Part shown: positions 1-6,177 of the stretch, piece after piece | Position numbering within the stretch: the stretch's first letter is position 1 | How the letters are laid out: each line of letters starts with the position of its first letter | Source of the DNA: Polyangiales bacterium | GTDB lineage: Bacteria > Myxococcota_A > Polyangia > Polyangiales > Ga0077539 | Length of the DNA: 45,726 nt | Reading direction: 5' to 3' | Assembly (NCBI GenBank): GCA_046351555.1 | Contig: JAXLYI010000029.1 | Span: 1-45,726 of the forward strand | Notes under the pieces: generated by a model | Told to the model about the DNA's origin: nothing | The model's input: the letters and a program-made list of their open reading frames with translations, nothing else | Databases searched by the model: none | Translations under genes and position numbers: made by a program

Positions 1-811
1 CGAAGCTGTGGCGGAGCGTGTGGCAGCTCGCGCGCTTCGCGATGCGGGCGGCCTTCACCGCGTCGCAGACGGCCTTCTGCATCGCGCTCTCGTGCAGGTG
101 GTGGAGCGCGAGGCGATCGGTCGCCGGGTCGACGCACGGGCGCGACGCGGGGAAGACGTACTGCCACGCGAGGCTGGTGGCGGCGCCGGGCATCTTCGCG
201 CGCAGGGCGTAGGGCAGGTCGACCTCGCCGCGTCCGGCGGCGAGCTCGGCTTCGTGACGTCGGGCGACGACGTCGAGCTGGGCGCGGAGGGCTTCGCTGG
301 CGCGGTTCGGCAGGAGCGCGGGGCGGTCGCGCTCGCCCTTCGCCCGGCGAACGGTGATCTGGCGGCGGTCGAAATCGACGTCCTTCACGCGCAGGGAGAC
401 GGCTTCGAGGAGGCGCAGGCCCGCGCCGTAGAGCAGCTCGCCGAGGAGGCGGAAGGGCGGGTCGAGGTGATCGAGCAGGGCCGTCACCTCCTGGCGCGAG
501 AGCACCGCGGGGAGGTGCGCGGGGCGGCGGGCGCGTTCGAGGCCGTCGAGCGCCGGCACGTCGAGTTCGAGCACCCTGCGGTAGAGGAACACCAGCGCGC
601 AGAGCGCCTGGTTCTGCGTCGAGGCCGAGGTGCGGCGGCGGACGGCGAGGTCGTTGAGGAACGCGGTGATCTCGGGGGCGCCGAGGTCGCGCGGGTGACG
701 GCGGCCGTGGAAGGCGATGAAGGCGCGGGTCCACTGGACGTACGCCTCCTCCGTGCGCGCGGCGTAGTGCAGGCGGCGGAGGGTGGTGCGGAGGGCTTCG
801 ATCAGCGTCAT
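1..811 (-). CDS. intI: Integron integrase IntI, 5' portion. The start codon is the complement of 809-811; the C-terminus lies beyond the window start.
   Basis: The reverse-strand translation reads MTLIEALRTTLRRLHYAARTEEAYVQWTRAFIAFHGRRHPRDLGAPEITAFLNDLAVRRRTSASTQNQALCALVFLYRRVLELDVP...LLYGAGLRLLEAVSLRVKDVDFDRRQITVRRAKGERDRPALLPNR...GEVDLPYALRAKMPGAATSLAWQYVFPASRPCVDPATDRLALHHLHESAMQ...CHTLRHSF. It is collinear with IntI1, including the integron-specific extra domain (ALPxAL...WxWxxVFP) that Xer recombinases lack, and box II HxxR is present. The six-frame track only shows the antisense shadow ORF 8..1066(+). Confidence 0.93.
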   Translation of the reverse strand, partial: MTLIEALRTTLRRLHYAARTEEAYVQWTRAFIAFHGRRHPRDLGAPEITAFLNDLAVRRRTSASTQNQALCALVFLYRRVLELDVPALDGLERARRPAHLPAVLSRQEVTALLDHLDPPFRLLGELLYGAGLRLLEAVSLRVKDVDFDRRQITVRRAKGERDRPALLPNRASEALRAQLDVVARRHEAELAAGRGEVDLPYALRAKMPGAATSLAWQYVFPASRPCVDPATDRLALHHLHESAMQKAVCDAVKAARIAKRASCHTLRHSF

Positions 812-953
812 GAGGGGGCTCCAGGCGCCGCCGGGTGCGAGACGGCGCGCGGGGTTATCGACGCCGCGCAGGAAATGGTGCGTCGGGGGAGCCTCGGTAC
901 TGGACGGATGGCGAGGGGCGCAGGCGGGCGTAGGGAGATCAGGGCGGGGGCGG

Positions 954-1040
954 CCGGCGGCCTAACACGCGGGTTACCGGGTTATCGCGCCGGAGCCGGC
1001 GGCCTAACAGGCGTGTTACGGGAATACCGACGGGTTAGGC
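954..1040 (+). other. attI recombination site with two IntI-binding direct repeats and the R core GTTAGGC
   Basis: The direct repeats are CCGGCGGCCTAACAcGCGgGTTACcGGG (about 954-982) and CCGGCGGCCTAACAgGCGtGTTACgGG (about 996-1023). Each contains the inverted core GCCTAAC (960-966 and 1002-1008). The core GTTAGGC lies at 1034-1040, with a second GTTRRRY (GTTAGAC) at 1054-1060. The site sits between divergent intI and the cassette genes, as in class 1 to 3 integrons. Confidence 0.75.
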
Positions 1041-1120
1041 AGTCGAAGATGATGTTAGACAGGTGAACTAGATGACAAACTTGCGAGGCGTCGCGGACGT
1101 CGGAAGGGTGTCGACTCGGA

Positions 1121-2038
1121 ATGACTACAATCGCACAGCAATTCCGGAACTTTAAACAACGTCTCGGCAATGTGAACGCCCACATCTGCATGGTGGATGC
1201 TGTTGTCGCGAATGCCCTCGAAAGTGCACAAGATACGGATACTCCAGAACGGTATCTGGAAGAACTAGCAAAGAAGCAGCAGCACTATCTTGGCTTCAAA
1301 CAAATCCCAGAGTTGCGCAAGCCGCTGGGTTCTTTCGGCATTGTGTTCCAACATCAGGTGCTCGAAGGCTTTTTGCAGGACCTCGAAGAGTATCTACGGG
1401 GGAAACCTTCGTACAATGCTATGGATCCCAATGGCACTGATCCTCGCCCGAAGGGGGAGGACATGCTGCGGCGCTTGGTCCGAAAGCTAGTTCTCCTGGC
1501 CAACAAGCAAGAGCTACCATTAAGTTACAAAGACGAGAACGAGCGAGATGCAGCGCTGCGCGAGGAGATCTTTTGTAGTACCGTCGGCAACGTCGAGACT
1601 CACCTGATGGAATACTATCGATTGGTTCGGAATGCCGCGGTGCATGCTGATATCGATCGAATCGCCGAGAATTATTACAAAGCCCACTTTGCGAGTATGC
1701 AGTCAACGCGCAATCAAACCGAATCGACACTTGAGCAAGGAGAGCCTCAGCGATTCACGCCGGAGAAGTTGACTCGTCTCTACAAGGCTAAGCCTTCAAG
1801 TGTCAATGCCATTTCAATTGAAGATATGATCCTGTATTCGCGGGTCATGCAGAAAGTCACACGGGCACTTCTGGTGATGGCACGTCCCGACATCGAGACC
1901 GAGATACTTCCCGTTCTGAGGAAATCGTTTTCCCGCTTTGAGAGTGAAGAACGTCGCAGGAAGGCTATCGTTGGAGCGTTGTGCACAGACTATCTGCTTG
2001 ACGCAAATGTGGCAAAGGAATATGCTTCTCGTGGCTGA
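1121..2038 (+). CDS. Cassette-encoded hypothetical protein with a HEPN-like Rx4H motif; putative RNase or abortive-infection-type effector
   Basis: This is a 305-aa ORF with an ATG start and low GC. The motif ...ETHLMEYYRLVRNAAVHADIDR... carries R-N-x3-H, which is the canonical HEPN Rx4-6H active-site signature with a polar residue after R. I recognise no other family. Confidence 0.6.
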   Translation: MTTIAQQFRNFKQRLGNVNAHICMVDAVVANALESAQDTDTPERYLEELAKKQQHYLGFKQIPELRKPLGSFGIVFQHQVLEGFLQDLEEYLRGKPSYNAMDPNGTDPRPKGEDMLRRLVRKLVLLANKQELPLSYKDENERDAALREEIFCSTVGNVETHLMEYYRLVRNAAVHADIDRIAENYYKAHFASMQSTRNQTESTLEQGEPQRFTPEKLTRLYKAKPSSVNAISIEDMILYSRVMQKVTRALLVMARPDIETEILPVLRKSFSRFESEERRRKAIVGALCTDYLLDANVAKEYASRG

Positions 2039-2133
2039 CTAGCTTAGCGGTAGAGCGCTTTCGTCTCAAGCCCATCTCCATCGGCGGTGGGTTTGAGAGG
2101 AAAGAGGCAGTGGTTCGACTCCTCTGTCAGCCG
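2033..2133 (+). ncRNA. tRNA-like element: class-I tRNA scaffold with anticodon loop GUCUCA (CUC, Glu-type), discriminator G and a 30-nt insertion between positions 37 and 38
   Basis: The acceptor stem is a perfect 7 bp, GGCUGAC (2033-2039) with GUCAGCC (2126-2132). U8 and A9 are present. The D-arm is GCUU/AGCGGUA/GAGC with A14 and GG. The anticodon stem is CUUUC (2058-2062) with GAAAG (2100-2104), and the loop begins G-U33-C-U-C-A37. Positions 2069-2098 are then inserted and pair back onto the anticodon (UCUCAAGCCC with GGGUUUGAGA). The variable loop is AGGC. The T-arm is AGUGG/UUCGACU/CCUCU with G53-C61 and T54-psi-C-R-A58. No CCA is encoded. The element overlaps the ORF1 stop codon (TGA 2036-2038). 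Confidence 0.5.
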
Positions 2134-2172
2134 ATCATCTGTGAATTGCGTTTTGCAACACCGTTTGGGTAC

Positions 2173-2263
2173 GTCTAACAAGCCGATGGTGCCGACCGCC
2201 CCCTCCTCACTCACCCGCTACCCACCTGCCCCGCTGCGGCGGCACATCGGCAGGCCGTTGGGC
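2173..2263 (+). repeat. attC site of cassette 1 (91 bp; R'' GTCTAAC ... R' GTTGGGC)
   Basis: The site is GTCTAAC-aagccgatgGtgccgACcgcc-[32-nt variable centre]-gctgcggcggcacatcggcaggcc-GTTGGGC. The flanking arms are imperfect inverted repeats with unpaired G and AC, the extrahelical bases typical of attC. R'' fits RYYYAAC and R' fits GTTRRRY. The conserved arms reappear at 4933-5023. Confidence 0.72.
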
Positions 2264-2323
2264 AGCTTCGGAGTACGACGCTGCGAATGAGCAGCAGAAC
2301 CTTACAGAAAAGGCTAGGCCCAC

Positions 2324-3721
2324 GTGAAGACTGACGTAAGCAGCCAACTTGTCGTAAACATAGATCGCAAACGGTACACCGCACTTTCAGGTCTGTGGAA
2401 GAGCCCATATGCCTCTGTTATGTCAGAGGAAATAGATTGGTATTCGAATACTGACGAGTCGATCTTAGCCGTTGTGCTGCACGACTATACAGATAACGAT
2501 TACGCGGCTGTTGTGTCGATGCGCGATCTGAGCGGACGATTCAGGGCCGTTGATGTACAAGTTTCCTTCGTTACGGTTGCCGCCGCTGTCGAGTGGCTTA
2601 CAAGTACGATTTGCTCACGGTCGGAGTCCGGCGAAAAACACCATCGACAGGGGGACGAGGTGCCGTCGCTCAATCTTTTCGATCCAGTAGTCCCGCAAGA
2701 GCGACTGCATCCAGGTTTCGTGCACCTCGCCAACGACCTCGCATTTTTGCCGGGGCGATCAATCATTCGAGAATTGATGCCTCATTATCATGACATCGAC
2801 GGGAACTTTGTCAGTCAGTTCCAATCAAGCGGGTTTGACGCGAGAACATGGGAACTGTATCTGTTCACCTACTTCAAAGAGGAGGAGTTATTCCTCGATC
2901 GAACTCATCGCTCCCCGGACTTTATTGTCAGCAAGTTTGATCGCAGCGTTGCCGTTGAGGCCGTTATTGTAGGCCGCCAGCTTGACAACCCACCGAAACG
3001 AGGAATTGTTAAGGCTCCCAAGTCTGCAACTGAAATTCAAGAACTGCAAAAAGATCTCATGCCAATCCGATTTGGCAGTCCACTGAACTCGAAGCTTCGA
3101 AAGAAATATTGGAGATCTCCGCATGTTCGTGGTTTGCCGCTCATCTTTGCGATAGCTGACTTCCATGATGATCAGTCTATGCTGTGGTCGTCGACAGCGC
3201 TGGGTAATTACCTTTATGGTTACCGTCATGAGCATTATTATGACGAATCTGGAACACTTGTCGTCAAACCAATCAAAATCAATTCGCACAAATTCGGCGA
3301 CAAAAAGATTCCCTCTGGTTTTTTCTTCTTGCCTGGTGCGGAGAACGTCAGCGCGGTGCTTTTCTCTGCTTCCGGGACGATTTCAAAGTTTAATCGGCTC
3401 GGACGCCAAGCGGGTTTTGCTCACCCTGGAGTGAGAATGTTTCGCAGAGGAACTCTGCACGATCACGACCCGAACGCTTCAGTGCCGCACATCTTCAGTT
3501 ACGAAGTGGATGAAACGAGTGAGGAAACGTGGGGTGAGGGGCTTTCGATGTTTCATAACCCGAAAGCTAAGTTTCCAGTCCCGCGGGAGCTTTTTCCGAG
3601 CATCGCCCATCACTATTTCGAAGATGGCCACATCAGAAGTGTTCTGCCGGAGATCTTTGTATATTCGTCGACCACGATTCACATGATTGCTCGCGACGAC
3701 GGAGGGGAGGAAAATGCATAG
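2324..3721 (+). CDS. Cassette-encoded hypothetical protein (465 aa) with a possible PD-x(n)-E nuclease-like patch
   Basis: The ORF starts at a GTG and has low GC with no good RBS. The segment ...WELYLFTYFKEEELFLDRTHRSPDFIVSKFDRSVAVEAVIVG... resembles the E ... PD ... (D/E)x(K) core of restriction-endonuclease-fold enzymes, but the K is not evident. I recognise no other family. Confidence 0.55.
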   Translation: MKTDVSSQLVVNIDRKRYTALSGLWKSPYASVMSEEIDWYSNTDESILAVVLHDYTDNDYAAVVSMRDLSGRFRAVDVQVSFVTVAAAVEWLTSTICSRSESGEKHHRQGDEVPSLNLFDPVVPQERLHPGFVHLANDLAFLPGRSIIRELMPHYHDIDGNFVSQFQSSGFDARTWELYLFTYFKEEELFLDRTHRSPDFIVSKFDRSVAVEAVIVGRQLDNPPKRGIVKAPKSATEIQELQKDLMPIRFGSPLNSKLRKKYWRSPHVRGLPLIFAIADFHDDQSMLWSSTALGNYLYGYRHEHYYDESGTLVVKPIKINSHKFGDKKIPSGFFFLPGAENVSAVLFSASGTISKFNRLGRQAGFAHPGVRMFRRGTLHDHDPNASVPHIFSYEVDETSEETWGEGLSMFHNPKAKFPVPRELFPSIAHHYFEDGHIRSVLPEIFVYSSTTIHMIARDDGGEENA

Positions 3722-3783
3722 ACAGAGCGCTGCCGTCGGCGAAATTGATTTTCTTGATTCGCTGTTTGTGCTAGCTTTGCTGC

Positions 3784-3876
3784 GTGACCTAGCTGAATGT
3801 GCCTAACTCAGTTCAGCTTGGCGCCGCAGCAATGTGTGATGCGTTAGATCTGATCCGCACATGAATGCTAGGTCAC
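3784..3876. repeat. 93-bp imperfect palindrome in the ORF2-ORF3 intergenic region with embedded integron core-like motifs
   Basis: GTGACCTAGC (3784-3793) is the exact reverse complement of GCTAGGTCAC (3867-3876). The inner arms share ATGTGC/GCACAT. The centre is GGCGCC. GCCTAAC lies at 3801-3807 and GTTAGAT at 3843-3849. Confidence 0.5.
3801..3849 (+). repeat. Possible short or degenerate attC-like site (R'' GCCTAAC ... R' GTTAGAT)
   Basis: GCCTAAC fits RYYYAAC and GTTAGAT fits GTTRRRY. GCCTAAC also pairs almost perfectly with G+TTGGGC, which is the R' this cassette would carry when circular. However, the site is only 49 bp, its internal L arms are not complementary, and it is unlike the uniform 91-bp attC family. 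Confidence 0.3.
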
Positions 3877-3944
3877 ACTACCCCCTTCTTACATCACCGC
3901 CCCAACCGCCGCTCTCTAGCCGCGAAGCTTGAGTCAGGAGCACT

Positions 3945-4904
3945 GTGACTACCAAGCGACAAGAGGCTGTCGGTCTCAACCACGTTTCGCGTATTGTTCA
4001 AGTTTCGTGGTCAAGCGGATGGCAGGGAATTGACCCGCAGAACGATGACGCAGTTGATGGGGTCGTGTTCTTTCGTCAGCGAGATCGCGACACCGGGCAA
4101 ATTGCGTTTGTGCAGGTGAAGTCAGGACCGAGTTACTATCGCGAATGGAAGACGTCGCCTGATGTAGTTGGTGTGCAACTGGGCGAAGACTATATCAACA
4201 AACATCGTCCCCGCTGGAACTCACTGCCAGGGCCTGTTGTTTTGGTCTATGTTCTCGAGAGAGAAAAGAAGAAACCACTGTCATGGTGGGCGGATCTTCG
4301 ATGCGAGGAGTCGTACTCGCTCACGAACAAGCAGGTTGTCTTGCTTCAGAGGCACAACACGTTTGGTCCTCACTCGAAGGGGCATATCCGGCGACTAGCT
4401 AAAGCCGTTACGCTAGATTTGCCGACTATTGTCGCGCGGCGTCGAGATATCAACCTGAGTCCCCTTGGACACCAGTTCAAGTCCGCAATTCGGCAGGCTT
4501 ATGTTGATTGGGGGCATGCTGTAAATGCGGAGCGCGCTCACCCTACACTCGGAGTTGTGGAGGTATCGCGTGTTGGATGGCGCCACATAACTCGGCTTGG
4601 CCGCCGTCCAGAGCGTATTATTCATAGCTTGCATCTGCTTGGAATAGCTCGCCAGATGATCGTCCACGGGGGAAGCGTCAGTCCCATCGGACGAGCAAAG
4701 AGCCAGACGAGAGCGAACGGAGCACACGAGGTGCTGGACTACCTCGCACTTCGAGCCAATGTCGTATTTCCTCATCGAGGTCCGGCAATTGTGCAGGTCG
4801 TATTGCGCCGCAAGCGGATGATAGGCAAAAACGGAACGACGTCGCAACGATTGTGGTTTTACTCTGTGTACGAGTTGGGCCGTTCAACGCATAGATCGGC
4901 CTAA
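3945..4904 (+). CDS. Cassette-encoded protein with an N-terminal Mrr/Cap4-like PD-(D/E)xK nuclease domain (DUF4365/DUF4297-like) and an unknown C-terminal half
   Basis: The ORF starts at GTG 3945, preceded by AGGAG (3936-3940) at 4-nt spacing. The N-terminus ...GWQGIDPQNDDAVDGVVFFRQRDRDTGQIAFVQVKSG... has the D-x(n)-(Q/E)xK arrangement of the Mrr/Cap4 restriction-endonuclease fold. The protein is 319 aa and GC is about 52%. Confidence 0.6.
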   Translation: MTTKRQEAVGLNHVSRIVQVSWSSGWQGIDPQNDDAVDGVVFFRQRDRDTGQIAFVQVKSGPSYYREWKTSPDVVGVQLGEDYINKHRPRWNSLPGPVVLVYVLEREKKKPLSWWADLRCEESYSLTNKQVVLLQRHNTFGPHSKGHIRRLAKAVTLDLPTIVARRRDINLSPLGHQFKSAIRQAYVDWGHAVNAERAHPTLGVVEVSRVGWRHITRLGRRPERIIHSLHLLGIARQMIVHGGSVSPIGRAKSQTRANGAHEVLDYLALRANVVFPHRGPAIVQVVLRRKRMIGKNGTTSQRLWFYSVYELGRSTHRSA

Positions 4905-4932
4905 GGAAGGCTCAGGGTATCTTGACGCAACT

Positions 4933-5023
4933 GCCCAACAAGCCGATGGTGGCGACCGCCCCCACTGCTGCCGTCGAACAAGCACCTGGCCTACTGCGGC
5001 GCCACATCGGCCAGCCGTTCGAC
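4933..5023 (+). repeat. attC site (91 bp; R'' GCCCAAC ... GTTCGAC) closing the low-GC cassette block
   Basis: The site is GCCCAAC-aagccgatggtgGcgaccgcc-[variable centre]-tgcggcgCcacatcggcCagcc-GTTCGAC. Its arms are nearly identical to attC1 (2173-2263) and it has the same 91-bp length. The centre is variable, as in attC families of chromosomal integrons. Confidence 0.7.
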
Positions 5024-5037
5024 GAAGACATGACCCG

Positions 5038-5565
5038 ATGATCGACTCGCAGCAGGTCGCCCTCGAGGCGGCAACGCCGCGCGATGCCGCGCTGCTCTCG
5101 AACCTCCTGGAGCTGTACGCCTACGACCTCAGCGAGACCTTCGCGTTGGAGCTGGGGGCCGACGGGCGCTTCGGCTACGACAAGCTGCCGCTCTACTGGT
5201 CGGAGCCCGAGCGGCGGTTCCCCTTCCTCATTCGCTGGGGCGCTCGGGTCGTCGGCTTCGCCCTGGTCACGCGCGGCTCGCCGGCGTCGGACGATCCCGA
5301 CGACTTCGATGTCGCCGAGTTCTTCGTCGTTCGTCGGCACCGCCGCTCCGGTGTGGGCCGACGGGCGGCCTTCCTGCTCTGGGATCGCTTTGGCGTGCGT
5401 TGGGTCGTCCGCGTCTCCGAAGGGAACCGCGGCGGCCGCGCCTTCTGGGCGAGCGCCACCTCCGAGTACGCGGGCGGCGCGGTGGTCGAGACCACGCGTC
5501 CCGGCGGCCTGCACGCATGGCGCGTGTTCTCGTTCGACAGTCGCACTCGGAAGGTGGCCGTCTGA
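5038..5565 (+). CDS. GNAT-family N-acetyltransferase
   Basis: The 175-aa protein reads MIDSQQVALEAATPRDAALLSNLLELYAYDLSE...FPFLIRWGARVVGFALV...VAEFFVVRRHRRSGVGRRAAFLLWDRFGV, which carries the acetyl-CoA binding R/Q-x-x-G-x-G/A pattern. GC is high and host-like. It starts 15 bp after the last attC. Confidence 0.75.
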   Translation: MIDSQQVALEAATPRDAALLSNLLELYAYDLSETFALELGADGRFGYDKLPLYWSEPERRFPFLIRWGARVVGFALVTRGSPASDDPDDFDVAEFFVVRRHRRSGVGRRAAFLLWDRFGVRWVVRVSEGNRGGRAFWASATSEYAGGAVVETTRPGGLHAWRVFSFDSRTRKVAV

Positions 5566-5629
5566 CCGACCGGTGCCCACGCAGCCGCGCCGTGCGGCGC
5601 CTCGGGCGACCGTCGGCAGGTCGAAGCGC

Positions 5630-6067
5630 GTGACCCCTTCTCTTTCGGATCTGCTGACGCTGCCGACGCCCGACGGCTGGCGCCGGATCCCGGTTCCGTC
5701 GGGGTGGGGATTCGCGCCGACGGTCGACGTTGCCGCGTACGGCGAACACCACGAGGACCTCCCCCTCACCGTCCTCGTTGCGAGGCTCTCGACGGACCCG
5801 ACGGGTTCGCCCGCGCGCACCCTCTCGGACTTGATGGACCGTCGCGTTCGCCGCGGTGAACCCGCCTGGCGCTCGGACCACATCGCGGGCGTCCCCGTTG
5901 TCGCGTGCGCCTGGGCCGAGGACGGCGTGGAGCGCTTCACCTGGTTCGTGCCGTTCTCGTCTGGTGTGATCGTGGAGTTTCAAGCGGTTCGTTTGCGTTC
6001 ATCGACGTGCGGCTCGCCGTTGCAAGAGGCGGCTCGTCCGATCTTGGACGCGGTCGTCTGGAGGTAG
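5630..6067 (+). CDS. Hypothetical protein (about 145 aa)
   Basis: A GTG-initiated frame with a consistent GC3 bias (...DGWRRIPVPSGWGFAPTVDVAAYGEHHEDLPLTVLVARL...). The overlapping longer ORFs (5084..6067+, 5267..5983-) look like shadows. The start is uncertain. Confidence 0.4.
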   Translation: MTPSLSDLLTLPTPDGWRRIPVPSGWGFAPTVDVAAYGEHHEDLPLTVLVARLSTDPTGSPARTLSDLMDRRVRRGEPAWRSDHIAGVPVVACAWAEDGVERFTWFVPFSSGVIVEFQAVRLRSSTCGSPLQEAARPILDAVVWR

Positions 6068-6177
6068 CACCCGACGACTCACCGCCCGCCCCGACAGCCG
6101 CCGTCGTTCGCCTCATTCTGCTCGCCGCGTGTAGCTGCCACCCTCCCCCGCGAAGCCGCGTATCCTCCCGCCCCTCC

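Larger units (their letters stand above)
1035..2257 (+). mobile_element. Integron gene cassette 1: a HEPN-motif protein, a tRNA-like element and attC
   Basis: The cassette is bounded by the attI core G/TTAGGC (1034-1040) and the G/TT crossover of attC1 (2257-2263). GC is about 47% against about 70% in the flanking chromosome. Confidence 0.65.
2258..5017 (+). mobile_element. Integron gene cassette 2: a two-gene cassette (465-aa and 319-aa proteins) plus attC. Alternatively two single-gene cassettes if the 3801-3849 site is functional.
   Basis: The cassette starts at TTGGGC (after the G at 2257) and ends at the G of GTTCGAC (5017). GC is about 45-52%. Both genes are co-oriented with the array. 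The only uniform 91-bp attC sites are at the two ends. Confidence 0.55.

Noticed and set aside
8-1066. 352-aa plus-strand ORF covering the left end of the window
   Set aside because: It is the antisense shadow of intI. Its translation is low-complexity Ala/Arg/Gly/Glu, whereas the opposite strand gives a clean IntI alignment.
1046-1120. Attempt to place a Pc promoter (TAGACA/TTAGAC -35-like hexamers) between attI and ORF1
   Set aside because: No convincing -10 lies at 16-18 nt spacing, and promoters in this GC-rich host will not resemble E. coli consensus. This is left unannotated.
2033-2133. tRNA-like element considered as a third attC site
   Set aside because: Its ends are GGCTGAC...GTCAGCC, not RYYYAAC...GTTRRRY. 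Its internal structure is a D-arm/T-arm cloverleaf rather than an R/L-box bulged hairpin.
4870-4892. GTTGGGC and GTTCAAC core-like heptamers inside the 3' end of ORF3
   Set aside because: There is no partner RYYYAAC or inverted arm. This is most likely a chance match within coding sequence.
2178-5020. Roughly 85-bp imperfect direct repeats flanking the ORF2-ORF3 block, first read as target-site duplications or att sites of an integrative island (no integrase inside)
   Set aside because: They are re-interpreted as two attC sites of one family. Each copy is internally an imperfect palindrome bounded by RYYYAAC and GTTRRRY, and an IntI gene plus attI lie immediately upstream.
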